From: Candidatus Omnitrophota bacterium
GTDB lineage: Bacteria > Omnitrophota > Gorgyraeia > Zapsychrales > Zapsychraceae
Assembly (NCBI GenBank): GCA_029261065.1
Contig: JAJDCB010000019.1
Coordinates: forward strand, 11,659 to 75,658
Length of the DNA: 64,000 nucleotides
Direction: 5' to 3'
Below the pieces are notes generated by a model that saw only the letters and a list, made by a program, of their open reading frames with translations, made no database searches and had not been told where the DNA came from. Every line of letters starts with the position of its first letter. Positions within the stretch are counted from its first letter, which is position 1. The position numbers were made by a program, and so were the translations under genes. Below, in pieces: positions 19,007 through 29,101 of the stretch.

Positions 19007-20640
19007 CGTAATATAAAGGGTTTATCAAATACTGTTAATAATGTGTTTATTTCATCCTCATTCCAGATCCAAAACCTTTCCTGCAAAGCTTTTAATCTCG
19101 CATTTTCATCTAAACCGGCTAAAGATACCAATAAACATTTATCTGGTTTTAAACCAAGATTCTTCGCCTCCAGAGCTATCGCATTAACATCCCCCTCACA
19201 CATATGTTCTTTCTTTGTAGCCACGATCCAAACGCCATCTTTCGTCCTAGCTTTAATGACTTCTATCGCTTGACCTTGTTCGTTAATGAGTTTTAAGGGT
19301 ACAATTTCTTCAAAGAAAGGCAGCTTATATCTTCGTCCGTTTAATTGAAACGATTCGTTCTCAAAACAGGAAAGAAGTTCTACAATTCGCGTTGAGAAAT
19401 TTTTTCGAGAATTGAGTTTAAAAGTATCAACACATTGATTTAACTCATCCTTAAGTTGCTTTCTCTGTTTGTTTCCCTCTAACTCAAAACTCTTAAGTCT
19501 CTTTTGATAAACATATTTCATCCAATAACGAAACAATTTATCCTTAAAGTAATGAAACTGACTATTTTTAACAATAATCCCCAATTCAATGAGCCGAGAT
19601 AATTTTTGTGAAATTTGAGATTTTTTTAATTTTAAATCACTCGATAAATGATCTAACTTATGAACACCATTCGCTAAAGCCAACAAGATGACCGGTATCA
19701 ATTGATTACCTTTTCCACGCGAAATTTCATTGATACATAATTCAAAGTGTCGACTAATAACACCCCACCGATCAAAAAGCGTATTTTCTATAGCTTGCGC
19801 CAATATCGGCATGTAAATTTCATTTTGATTATGTAAGGCACTTAAATGCGTTAGCTCGCGAGATATCATGTTTAAGTACAACGGATGACCACCTGTAAAA
19901 TCCGTTAAAAAATTTCTTAATTGGACACCAATTTTTACATCCTGAAGGTTGTGTTCTATAAAATCTTGACTGGTATTTAAATCGAAGGGTTCGATGGCAA
20001 TGACTTCAAAATTACCGAACAACAATGACAATTGTTCCGTTAGAATACGTTTCGCGAGTCCCTCATATGAGCTAATTAAAATGTAAAAACATTTTTTCTG
20101 CGTCATAATCTTTTTACCAAGAATTTGAAAGACCTCTGATAAGGGATATTCATTCAAATTTTGAAATTCATCAAGAATTAACAAGCATAACTTTCCAGAT
20201 TCATTTGAATAGACATCTAGCAAAGCCAACAAGCCTAGAAAAGATTCGTTAAATTTGCCAGCCTCATAATGGTCTAAAACCTTGGCGATCACTTGAACTG
20301 TTTGAGGAATAAATCTTTTGGCTGTCTCCATTAAGACACTTAAATCGTCATCAACATGTTGTTGCTTATTTTTCAAGAAATGATGTAAGAGCCCAGAGGT
20401 GAAGGCATGGACAAAATAGTGGTAATCTTTATTTTCTAGATCTAGATAAATATAGGTGAGATTTTCATCTTCAATGTTGGAAAGAAAATGAATAACAGTC
20501 GCACTTTTGCCCACATATTGATTCCCCAAAAGAGCGATATTTTGTCTATAGCCCTCTTTTAAGTCAACCACACGTCGCTTAAGTAGACTTAAGGTCTCTT
20601 CTCGTCCAAAAAAATTTTGTTCAAGTTCCAAGAAGCTCAT
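19003..20640 (-). CDS. Archaeal-type AAA ATPase with wHTH and degenerate restriction-endonuclease-like C-terminal domain
   Basis: FFGREE, Walker A GNQYVGKS, Walker B LILDEFQ, TGGHPLYL, wHTH (LSRLIELGII...F.D..FRYW). Confidence 0.75.
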   Translation of the reverse strand: MSFLELEQNFFGREETLSLLKRRVVDLKEGYRQNIALLGNQYVGKSATVIHFLSNIEDENLTYIYLDLENKDYHYFVHAFTSGLLHHFLKNKQQHVDDDLSVLMETAKRFIPQTVQVIAKVLDHYEAGKFNESFLGLLALLDVYSNESGKLCLLILDEFQNLNEYPLSEVFQILGKKIMTQKKCFYILISSYEGLAKRILTEQLSLLFGNFEVIAIEPFDLNTSQDFIEHNLQDVKIGVQLRNFLTDFTGGHPLYLNMISRELTHLSALHNQNEIYMPILAQAIENTLFDRWGVISRHFELCINEISRGKGNQLIPVILLALANGVHKLDHLSSDLKLKKSQISQKLSRLIELGIIVKNSQFHYFKDKLFRYWMKYVYQKRLKSFELEGNKQRKQLKDELNQCVDTFKLNSRKNFSTRIVELLSCFENESFQLNGRRYKLPFFEEIVPLKLINEQGQAIEVIKARTKDGVWIVATKKEHMCEGDVNAIALEAKNLGLKPDKCLLVSLAGLDENARLKALQERFWIWNEDEINTLLTVFDKPFILR

Positions 20641-21311
20641 GGCAAGTAATGTAAAGGGTTATCTTCTTGTGCATTTTTTCTTATTTCAAAATGCAAATAA
20701 GCTAGATCCTTTCTTACCGCTGGGTAAGAAATAGGATTATTCTTTTTAACCAACTGATCTAACTTCACTAACACTTTCGCATTGTTAGCGTACACCGAAT
20801 AAAGACCATCTGAATGATCTAAAATAATTGTCTCACCATAACCAACAAGATAATCAACAAATATCACACGGCCTGTTCGAGCCGCAGTAATCACCTGACC
20901 TTCTTTTGTCAGGATATCTATCCCATTACTTAAAATATTGTTTTTACGCTGATGAAAATACGTAATCACCTTACCCCTAACAGGCCAAACAAAATCGTTT
21001 GTATCTTCAACTTTATCTAAAACAATTTCAATTGTCTTTTTAGCCCCTGGAATAAAAATAAGCTGATTCTTTTCAATCTGAGCGGCATCAGGAATATTAT
21101 TAAACTCAATAATATCCTCGATATCAATCGCATAAGCTTTCGTAATCCGCCAAAGGGTTTCCCCTTTCATAACCTTATGATAAACGCCCTCAATTTTAGG
21201 TTGGGGAATCTCAATGTGTGCCACGTCCTTACTTGATACACATCCTGAAACCACGAGCAAACTTAAAAAAACGATCAACCTTAACACTAAAATACGTTTC
21301 AAAAAGGGCAT
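20637..21311 (-). CDS. LysM plus M23 lipoprotein (NlpD-like)
   Basis: Lipobox VSGC, LysM (HKVMKGETLWRI), WPVRG, GIDI, GYG, LHFEIR. Confidence 0.88.
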   Translation of the reverse strand: MPFLKRILVLRLIVFLSLLVVSGCVSSKDVAHIEIPQPKIEGVYHKVMKGETLWRITKAYAIDIEDIIEFNNIPDAAQIEKNQLIFIPGAKKTIEIVLDKVEDTNDFVWPVRGKVITYFHQRKNNILSNGIDILTKEGQVITAARTGRVIFVDYLVGYGETIILDHSDGLYSVYANNAKVLVKLDQLVKKNNPISYPAVRKDLAYLHFEIRKNAQEDNPLHYLP

Positions 21312-21321
21312 GTTAATATTT

Positions 21322-21975
21322 CTATACTTTAAGAACTATCGATTTATCCAAAATGGTTTTAAAATCCCTTATGGCCTGCTTGACATTTAATGCCTTAGAA
21401 ATAGCCCTGCAAACAGCAATACGATGAACACCACGATCAACTAATAAATGCACATTATCTAAATCAATTCCTCCAATAGCAAAGACAGGAATAGAAATTG
21501 CATTGGTAACTGACTCAATTAATTCCAAGGCCATTGGATTGCGATCCGGCTTTGTTAACGTCTTAAAGACAGAACCAAATCCTATATAATCCGCCCCCCA
21601 CTCTTCTGCGCGCTGCGCTTGCTCCAATGTTTGACAAGACAAACCAATGCTAAATTCCTCATTAAGCATCACACGCGCATCTTTATAAGAAATATCATCC
21701 TGACCTAAATGAACACCATGGGCGTTAACAATTTGCGTAATATCTATTCGATCATTGACGATAAGCGGAATTTGATCTCGAACAATGTCAACAGCAGCTC
21801 TCAAAAACCTTAAAATATCTTGAGCGCTCCCCACCTTATCTCGAAGTTGTAAGACATCTACGCCCTCCTCAAGAGAAAATCTGACAATATCTAAAAGCTC
21901 ATCATAAGAATTTACTTGAGCATCTAAGATCACATACAATCTAGCATCTTGAAACGCATTTGTGTTCAACGGCAT
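21322..21975 (-). CDS. thiE: Thiamine phosphate synthase
   Basis: QLRDK, VNDR, GVHLGQDD, F.T.TK, AIGGI. Confidence 0.93.
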   Translation of the reverse strand: MPLNTNAFQDARLYVILDAQVNSYDELLDIVRFSLEEGVDVLQLRDKVGSAQDILRFLRAAVDIVRDQIPLIVNDRIDITQIVNAHGVHLGQDDISYKDARVMLNEEFSIGLSCQTLEQAQRAEEWGADYIGFGSVFKTLTKPDRNPMALELIESVTNAISIPVFAIGGIDLDNVHLLVDRGVHRIAVCRAISKALNVKQAIRDFKTILDKSIVLKV

Positions 21976-22357
21976 ATAATTGGTATCTTAACGTTTTTAA
22001 TTCCTGAGCTACTTCTTTATTTAGAAGCTTTGTAAATTCTTCAAGAACCCTAATCGATTCTTTAGCTCGCTGGGAATTGGCGTAAAAAACATCTCGCACA
22101 TCTTTTCTCTTAAATTCACACGTTGTCGAGGACTTCCCAACATCGCCTTTTATATCACGCGACATGATAATATCTTTAATTTTTAAAGCTAGAATTGCAT
22201 CTGATAATTGATGACGAATATTTTTAAATGATCGTGTTAATGTTTTATCATCCCAAACAAATCGACATATGTCTTCACAAGTCCTTAAACCTTCTTTAGC
22301 TCTATTAAAGTTAGCATCGCAAATTCGAAATATACTTTTCTTAGAAAGATTTTGCAC
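21941..22357 (-). CDS. ThiD2-like / ThiE-associated helical domain protein
   Basis: RICDANFNRAKEGLRTCED...RD..GDVG...N.QRAKESIRVLEE; matches the N-domain of long cyanobacterial ThiE. Confidence 0.8.
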   Translation of the reverse strand: MQNLSKKSIFRICDANFNRAKEGLRTCEDICRFVWDDKTLTRSFKNIRHQLSDAILALKIKDIIMSRDIKGDVGKSSTTCEFKRKDVRDVFYANSQRAKESIRVLEEFTKLLNKEVAQELKTLRYQLYAVEHKCVSRC

Positions 22358-22832
22358 TTTTTTTGATTCTTTCTATCATGGTTGTCGTTGAAAAACCCCG
22401 AATATAATCAATGTACTCCACACGACCACCCACGGATTCAATAAAGTCCTGACCAGCAATCCTTTTTCCCTTCCAATCAGCTCCCTTAATAAGAACATCT
22501 GGTTTAAGATACGCAATTAACTTCTCAGGGGTCTCTTCATTAAAAATGGTAATGTAATCGACACATTCTAATGAAGCCAAAAGCAAAGCACGTTGTTGTT
22601 GAGGAACAATGGGACGCGTTGGGCCTTTAATGCGCTTGATCGAACGATCAGAATTTAAACCAATAACGAGAAATCTATTTTTTTTCTTAGCTGTTTGAAG
22701 ATAACTGGCATGACCAAAATGGAGAATGTCAAAACACCCATTTGTAAAAACTATTTGTTTGCCTTCACGGCGCATTAACGCAATCTTACGTTTAAGAGTC
22801 TCTTTTGTAACAACTTTACGTTGAGCCTTCAA
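22341..22832 (-). CDS. rfaE2: D-glycero-beta-D-manno-heptose 1-phosphate adenylyltransferase (HldC/RfaE2)
   Basis: FTNGCFDILHFGH, GLNSDRS, KGPTRP, KGADW, STT. Confidence 0.9.
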   Translation of the reverse strand: MKAQRKVVTKETLKRKIALMRREGKQIVFTNGCFDILHFGHASYLQTAKKKNRFLVIGLNSDRSIKRIKGPTRPIVPQQQRALLLASLECVDYITIFNEETPEKLIAYLKPDVLIKGADWKGKRIAGQDFIESVGGRVEYIDYIRGFSTTTMIERIKKSAKSF

Positions 22833-22849
22833 AGCCTAACCACCCAGTT

Positions 22850-23413
22850 TCAAAAATGATTTTCAACAAGTTCACAAATACTATGAATGATACATAAATG
22901 TGACTCTTGAATTCTTGCTGTTTTTTCTGAAGGAACATTTATATTCATATCGGTCATCGCAGCCAATGCACCACCATCTTTCCCCGTTAAAGAAACAGTT
23001 TTAATACCCAAGGACTTAGCCACCTTCATCGCTTCAATAACATTTTTCGATTGGCCACTTGTTGATATGCCAAAGGCAATATCCCCAGCGCGTCCTAAGG
23101 CTTCTAATTGACGCGCAAAAACAATGTCAAAACTATAATCGTTACCCAGTGCGGTTAATATAGATGAGTCTGTCGTCAATGCAATAGCCGCTAAAGCCTT
23201 TCGTTCTTTTTGAAATCGACCAACAAATTCAGCTGCAATATGTTGAGAGTCAGCAGCAGATCCTCCATTGCCAAAAAATATTAATTTTCCACCCTCGAGA
23301 AGTGTTTCTTTAAAAGCCGAGACGACCTCAATAATGATCTCTCGATTCGCTTCAAGCGCTTGTTGCTTAACCTCTATCGATTCTTTAAAAATATTATTAA
23401 TATCTTCTATCAT
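22850..23413 (-). CDS. gmhA: Phosphoheptose isomerase
   Basis: GNGGSAADSQH, GNDYSF, ISTSG, RIQESH. Confidence 0.95.
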   Translation of the reverse strand: MIEDINNIFKESIEVKQQALEANREIIIEVVSAFKETLLEGGKLIFFGNGGSAADSQHIAAEFVGRFQKERKALAAIALTTDSSILTALGNDYSFDIVFARQLEALGRAGDIAFGISTSGQSKNVIEAMKVAKSLGIKTVSLTGKDGGALAAMTDMNINVPSEKTARIQESHLCIIHSICELVENHF

Positions 23414-23419
23414 ATTTTT

Positions 23420-24442
23420 TCACGAAGAAAACGTCTGTGCCATTTTATACAAATCTTCATCAATGGCTTTATGTTTACTTACAGCCTCCTTAATATCAAC
23501 ATAACGGATTTTACCGTCATGCAAACTGACCATTTTACCAAATTTATTTTCTTTAACGAGATCAACTGCCTTTACTCCGAATCGTGTTCCAATAATTCGG
23601 TCATGAGCCGTTGGCGTTCCACCCCGTTGAATATGACCTAAAACACTCACCCGTGTTTCATAGCCAGTCTTCTCTTCAATCAACGTTGCAATCAACTCTC
23701 CCGCATTGCCTATGCGATGTTTATAGGTACTTCCTTCCTTCTGCGCTTCATTATAACCATCAACCGTGACCCCTTCTGAAACAACAATAATACTAAAAGA
23801 TCTTCCACGCGAATGATGAGATCTTAAAAAATCACAAACATTTTCAATGTTTACTTTATATTCGGGAACTAAAATAATATCGGCGCCTCCTGCAATACCA
23901 GCTTGAAGCGCTATCCAACCGGTATATCGTCCCATAACCTCAATAACAATGATGCGATGATGACTTTCCGCTGTGGTATGAAGGCGGTCAATGCATTCAG
24001 TGGCAATGTTGACAGCAGTGTCAAAACCAAAAGCATAATCCGTACCCGATAAGGCATTATCAATGGACTTTGGCACACCAACGACCGGCAACCCATAATT
24101 ATTGTGTAAACTCAATGCAATCTTAAGCGTGTCCTCTCCTCCAACCGCAATCAAAGCATCGATACCGCTTCGTTCAAAATTTTCACTAATCGCTTTTTCC
24201 TTATCTTTATCTAAAGGAGGGATAATGCGACTTGTCCCGAGAATGGTTCCCCCACGATCCAGAATCCCTGACGTTAATCGGAGATCCAAAATGCGCATAT
24301 CATTTTCGATTAAACCATTCCATCCATTTTTGATACCCGTGACAACATACCCTTCTAACATTGCTTTTCGCACAACAGCACGAATAACCGAGTTTAATCC
24401 CGGACAATCAGCGCCTCCTGTTAAGATTCCAATTTTTTTCAT
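23420..24442 (-). CDS. pfkA: 6-phosphofructokinase, group III (possibly PPi-dependent)
   Basis: TGGADCPGLN, GGTILGTSR, GGEDT, PKSIDN, EVMGR, LGHIQRGG. Confidence 0.9.
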   Translation of the reverse strand: MKKIGILTGGADCPGLNSVIRAVVRKAMLEGYVVTGIKNGWNGLIENDMRILDLRLTSGILDRGGTILGTSRIIPPLDKDKEKAISENFERSGIDALIAVGGEDTLKIALSLHNNYGLPVVGVPKSIDNALSGTDYAFGFDTAVNIATECIDRLHTTAESHHRIIVIEVMGRYTGWIALQAGIAGGADIILVPEYKVNIENVCDFLRSHHSRGRSFSIIVVSEGVTVDGYNEAQKEGSTYKHRIGNAGELIATLIEEKTGYETRVSVLGHIQRGGTPTAHDRIIGTRFGVKAVDLVKENKFGKMVSLHDGKIRYVDIKEAVSKHKAIDEDLYKMAQTFSS

Positions 24443-24462
24443 ATCTGCTCTTTTTAATTACG

Positions 24463-25077
24463 TTATGGTCGATATCCATGAAAAGGAACTGTAGGATCTT
24501 GCCCCTCATCCGATGCCGCTGAACCCGCTATTGATTTATCTTTAACATTTTCAGCAATAATTTTTGTCACATAAACAGCAACATCAATTTGTTCATCAAC
24601 ACCAATCGTTGCCTGAATTTTTTTAATAACAGATTTTTGTATGTTAGAAGAAATCTCAGGAACACTAACCTCAGAGCCCAAAACCAAACGAATAATAACC
24701 TTTAAACCATCTTTGGCGACAGTAATATTGGCTGACACATCACGAATTTCAACAAGTCGTATTAACATGCGACGCACCAAATCTTCTAAAGCACTTAACG
24801 AAACACTCACCCGGCCGGATGGGTTATCAAAGGCAATAACTTTATCTTCTTTCATACCTGAACGAAATTTAAAATAAACAACAAACGTTGTTAAACCGAC
24901 AAAACTCGCTAATGCACCAAAAATTAATCTCAATTCTTGATTAGACTGTACAAGTCTAAACAATTCACCCAATTCGTTTACACTAAAAAACCGAAAAGCA
25001 AAAGCTATGCCGACAACACTGATCAACAATACCAGCGCGACGTAAAAAAAATAAAAAATCGTTTTTATAAAGTTCAT
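24463..25077 (-). CDS. AmaP-like membrane anchor (Asp23-related)
   Basis: Two N-terminal TM helices, G.V.VS..ALEDLV, Asp23-like soluble domain. Confidence 0.65.
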   Translation of the reverse strand: MNFIKTIFYFFYVALVLLISVVGIAFAFRFFSVNELGELFRLVQSNQELRLIFGALASFVGLTTFVVYFKFRSGMKEDKVIAFDNPSGRVSVSLSALEDLVRRMLIRLVEIRDVSANITVAKDGLKVIIRLVLGSEVSVPEISSNIQKSVIKKIQATIGVDEQIDVAVYVTKIIAENVKDKSIAGSAASDEGQDPTVPFHGYRP

Positions 25078-25124
25078 ATTTGCCTCCTAAGCCTTTCCCT
25101 AAAATAGGGACTGATAATAATCTT

Positions 25125-26483
25125 TTAGCCTAAATCTCCGTCCTTCTTGGCCAACTTTTCTAAAAAGTGCGTCGAAACATTTCCCTCTAGGAAATCTTTA
25201 TTATTTAAAATTTCATTATGTAATGCGATTGTTGTTTTATTAGGACTAACATAGAACTCATCCAAAGCGCGCTTCATAATACTAATAGCTTCGTTGCGAT
25301 TTTCACCATAACAAATAAGCTTGGCCACCATTGAATCATAATGCGGACTGACCATATAACCTTGATAAATGTGAGTGTCAAGCCGGACACCTCGTCCTCC
25401 TGGTAGATTAAGCTCTTCAATCCTGCCAGGAGAGGGAATAAAATTATTATGAGGATCTTCGACATTGATACGACATTCAATGGCCGCCCCTTTTATGACA
25501 ATATCCTCCTGCTTCACTCTTAACTTTTCTCCAGCGGCGATACGAATCTGCTCCTTAACAAGATCAATACCCGTCACCATTTCTGTCACGGGATGCTCAA
25601 CCTGAATGCGCGTATTCATTTCCATAAAATAAAAATCTTTATTCTTATCTAATAAGAACTCAACCGTACCCACATTTTTATAATTGACAGCTTTTGCAGC
25701 CTTAATAGCAGCCTCACCAATCTGCCTTCTCAAAGTATCATCCAAGGCCGGCGACGGAGACTCTTCAAGAAGTTTCTGATGCCGACGCTGAATACTACAA
25801 TCACGTTCTCCTAAGTGAACCACATTCCCATGTTCATCCGCCATGATCTGAATTTCAATATGTTTGGGATCCTCAATATATTTTTCAATGTAAACGGCCG
25901 AATTTCCAAAATTTGCCTCAGCTTCCGTTTGCGCCATTGTTAAAGAACTCATTAATGTCATATCATTATGACAAACCCGCATACCCTTACCGCCACCACC
26001 TGCTGCCGCCTTAATAATGACGGGATATTTGATACTTTTTGCTATCTCAACAGCTTCTTCTTTTGATTGAACAATACCTTTCCCGCCTGGTGTTAACGGG
26101 ACTCCCGTTTTCTTCATTGTTTCTTTGGCCACAACCTTATCACCCATTTTACGTATAGTCTGTGGATCTGGGCCAATAAATTTTATATTGCATGATTCAC
26201 AAATTTCAGCAAAATGAGCATTTTCTGATAAGAAACCGTAACCTGGATGAATGGCTTCAACATCTGTTACTTCTGCAGCCGAGACAATGGCTGGAATATT
26301 AAGATAACTATCTATACTTAAGGCAGGGCCGATACACACCGCTTCATCCGCAAAACGTACGTGCAAAGAATCACGATCAACATCAGAATAGACGGCTACT
26401 GTCTGAATATCTAATTCACGACAAGCACGAATGATGCGTAGCGCAATCTCTCCCCTATTAGCTATTAATATTTTCGAAAACAT
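25125..26483 (-). CDS. accC: Acetyl-CoA carboxylase biotin carboxylase
   Basis: [45 protein letters not shown]. Confidence 0.98.
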   Translation of the reverse strand: MFSKILIANRGEIALRIIRACRELDIQTVAVYSDVDRDSLHVRFADEAVCIGPALSIDSYLNIPAIVSAAEVTDVEAIHPGYGFLSENAHFAEICESCNIKFIGPDPQTIRKMGDKVVAKETMKKTGVPLTPGGKGIVQSKEEAVEIAKSIKYPVIIKAAAGGGGKGMRVCHNDMTLMSSLTMAQTEAEANFGNSAVYIEKYIEDPKHIEIQIMADEHGNVVHLGERDCSIQRRHQKLLEESPSPALDDTLRRQIGEAAIKAAKAVNYKNVGTVEFLLDKNKDFYFMEMNTRIQVEHPVTEMVTGIDLVKEQIRIAAGEKLRVKQEDIVIKGAAIECRINVEDPHNNFIPSPGRIEELNLPGGRGVRLDTHIYQGYMVSPHYDSMVAKLICYGENRNEAISIMKRALDEFYVSPNKTTIALHNEILNNKDFLEGNVSTHFLEKLAKKDGDLG

Positions 26484-26554
26484 TATTGAATATAACTCAT
26501 TAAAACTCTAAAGGAAAATGATATCCCCTTAAAAGTCAGGATCAAAGGATTAAC

Positions 26555-27010
26555 TTATACTGGTTCAACGATAAATAATGCTTGTCCAAATTCAACGGGT
26601 TGGGCGTTCTCGATCGGTGCTTCGACGATTTTCCCTCTTATCTCTGACTTAATTTCATTCATCAATTTCATAGCCTCTATAATACAAACGACTTGACCAA
26701 CATCGACTGTTTGTCCTATCTCAGCAAATGAAGGGGCTTCCGGAGAAGGGGCCCGATAAAAGGTACCAACCATGGGCGACTGAATTTCATTTCGATTGCT
26801 CGTGTCGGCGACGGTTTCTTTCTTTTCTGTGGATCCTACGGAGGGAGCACTTTGAATGGTAAAATCAGCAGGGTTTCGAGAATAAACGGGAGCTCCTTCA
26901 CCAGCTGCCTTCTTTAATTTTATTTTCATACCATCACGTTCAATCTCTAATTCATTGAGATCATTTTCATTCATTAAATCTATCAAATTACGTATTTCTT
27001 TTAGATTCAT
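26555..27010 (-). CDS. accB: Biotin carboxyl carrier protein
   Basis: SPMVGTFYRAPSP, EAMKLMN. Confidence 0.97.
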   Translation of the reverse strand: MNLKEIRNLIDLMNENDLNELEIERDGMKIKLKKAAGEGAPVYSRNPADFTIQSAPSVGSTEKKETVADTSNRNEIQSPMVGTFYRAPSPEAPSFAEIGQTVDVGQVVCIIEAMKLMNEIKSEIRGKIVEAPIENAQPVEFGQALFIVEPV

Positions 27011-27573
27011 TTTTGTACCCTTTCCACATACTCTCCTGTTCGTGTATCAATTTTAACGAAATCTTCGATATTCACAAACAAAGGAACTTGAATCGATGTC
27101 CCTGTATCAATAGTTGCCGGTTTGTTTCCAGCCTTACTGGAATCTCCTTTAAAACCTGGTTCTGTATGTGTTATTTCAGCAATAATAAATGTTGGCAGAT
27201 TAATTTTTAATACTTTTTCATCGTAGAACAAACCTGTGACTTCAAGATCATCCTGCAAAAATTTTAAGACATCATTTACTGTGCCCAGGGAGACCTCTAT
27301 CTGTTCATAGGTCGTGTTATCCATGAAATGAAAGGTATCATCCGAGCGATACAAATATTGAATCTTTCGCTCATCAAGTTGAATATCTTCCAACTTATCC
27401 GCTGATTTAAATGTTCTTTCGACAACTTGTCCAGTATGAACATTTTTTAATTTGATGCGAACAAAGGCACTTCCCTTACCTGGCTTCACATGTGTGTATT
27501 CCGAAACAACATAAAGCACCCCATCCACTCGCAGGCCAATGCCTGAACTGATTTGATTAATAGATATGGTCAC
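27007..27573 (-). CDS. efp: Elongation factor P
   Basis: HVKPGKG, PGFKGD, VPLF, DTRTGEYVER; start moved to GTG at 27573. Confidence 0.96.
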   Translation of the reverse strand: MTISINQISSGIGLRVDGVLYVVSEYTHVKPGKGSAFVRIKLKNVHTGQVVERTFKSADKLEDIQLDERKIQYLYRSDDTFHFMDNTTYEQIEVSLGTVNDVLKFLQDDLEVTGLFYDEKVLKINLPTFIIAEITHTEPGFKGDSSKAGNKPATIDTGTSIQVPLFVNIEDFVKIDTRTGEYVERVQK

Positions 27574-28615
27574 TAATAACCTCACACCCATTTTTTGTTA
27601 CTAAAACCATATCTTCAATACGAATACCAAATTTTTTAGGAATATAAACGGCTGGTTCAACGGTAATAATCATACCAGGTTTAAGAGTTGCTGTATTGTT
27701 ATGCGACATTCTTGGATCCTCATGGATATCAAGCCCCACACCATGACCTAGGGCATGTCCAAAATATTTAGCTAATTTGTGTTTATCTAGATAACCTCGT
27801 GCCGCCTGATCAACCTCTGAAATAGTTGCGCCTGATTTTATCTTTTCGATCGCAAGTCGCTGAGCCTTAAAGACTTTCTCGTTAACTTCATTAACAAGAT
27901 TGGGTATTTTACCCAAAAAAAACATACGTGTCAAGTCGGACTTATAGCCAGAAAAGTCTATTCCCATATCGACTAAGACAACATCATTAGCCCGAAATTT
28001 TCGACTCGTAACTTGGGCATGTGGCAGGCAAGAATTGGGGCCTGAGGCGACAATCGGGTCAAAGGAAAAACCAACATTATTCACGCGAATGAATCTTTCT
28101 AAACTTTCAAGGATCTCAGACTCCTTCTTTCCTGGCTTGACGATCCTTTTCAGCAATTTATAGGCTTGCTCGTGAATCGCTAAAGCCTTCCTAATAAGTT
28201 TGATTTCACTTAATTCTTTGATTTCTCGTAAGGATTCAACCAAATTATTTGCCGCGCATAACTTAAAACCCTTAGGTGTCCGCTTTTTAAAATTCTTAAA
28301 TGACGCCAACGTAACATGCCGCTCATCAAAACCAATACGCTTAACCTGACAAACCTTGGCCAGTTCAAATACGGTATCATACAATGTTTTGCTATATTGC
28401 TTGACCGTAACACCTTTTAAGCCTTCTTTGGCCTCTGTGATGTATCGAAAATCTGTAATGTAATATGTTTTTTTAGGAGTAACAAAAAGCCAAGACTCTT
28501 GGGCTTTAAAATGGGTGAGGTAACGAATGTTGGTATCATTCGTTATGAGCAGGGCATCAATGTTGTTTTTTTGAAAGCTTGTGACTAACTTTTTAATCCG
28601 TGAAGACATGTCCAC
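27557..28615 (-). CDS. Xaa-Pro aminopeptidase (M24)
   Basis: YLTHF, TDFRY, GYKSDLTR, HALGHGVGLDIHE, EP, GIRIED. Confidence 0.93.
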   Translation of the reverse strand: MDMSSRIKKLVTSFQKNNIDALLITNDTNIRYLTHFKAQESWLFVTPKKTYYITDFRYITEAKEGLKGVTVKQYSKTLYDTVFELAKVCQVKRIGFDERHVTLASFKNFKKRTPKGFKLCAANNLVESLREIKELSEIKLIRKALAIHEQAYKLLKRIVKPGKKESEILESLERFIRVNNVGFSFDPIVASGPNSCLPHAQVTSRKFRANDVVLVDMGIDFSGYKSDLTRMFFLGKIPNLVNEVNEKVFKAQRLAIEKIKSGATISEVDQAARGYLDKHKLAKYFGHALGHGVGLDIHEDPRMSHNNTATLKPGMIITVEPAVYIPKKFGIRIEDMVLVTKNGCEVISDHIY

Positions 28616-28623
28616 CTTGAGGG

Positions 28624-29061
28624 TTAAGATTTCAAAAGGTCTATTAAAGCGTCAAGACCGAGCATGTAACTATTGACCCCAAATCCGCAGACTTGGCCAT
28701 GAACCACTGGAGAAATCAAAGACTTGTGTCGAAATTCTTCGCGAGCGTAAACATTCGATAAATGGATCTCAACCGTAGGAATGCTGACCGCGGCCAAGGC
28801 ATCTCGAATGGCGATGCTCGTGTGCGTGTAGGCGGCAGGATTAATTAAAATGGCTTGAATCTCATTCTCTTTTGACTTTCCAATCTCATCAACAATCTCG
28901 CCTTCATGATTGGATTGAAAGGTCTCAAGGGTAACGCCATTCTCTTTGGCCTTCTCATTGAGACGTTGATTAATTTCTTCTAACGTAGTTTCACCGTAAA
29001 TATCAGCTTCCCTTTGACCTAACAAATTTAGATTAGGCCCATGAACAACCAAAATTTTCAT
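28624..29061 (-). CDS. aroQ: Type II 3-dehydroquinate dehydratase
   Basis: GPNLNLLG.RE, QSNHEG, NPAAYTHTS, EIHLSN. Confidence 0.97.
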   Translation of the reverse strand: MKILVVHGPNLNLLGQREADIYGETTLEEINQRLNEKAKENGVTLETFQSNHEGEIVDEIGKSKENEIQAILINPAAYTHTSIAIRDALAAVSIPTVEIHLSNVYAREEFRHKSLISPVVHGQVCGFGVNSYMLGLDALIDLLKS

Positions 29062-29101
29062 ATCATTCTCCGTGAGTTAGGATGATTAGTACTAACATTT
29101 C

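Noticed and set aside
21322-22357. TPP riboswitch for the thiamine genes
   Set aside because: The genes overlap their neighbours, leaving no leader, and no TPP aptamer motif is visible.
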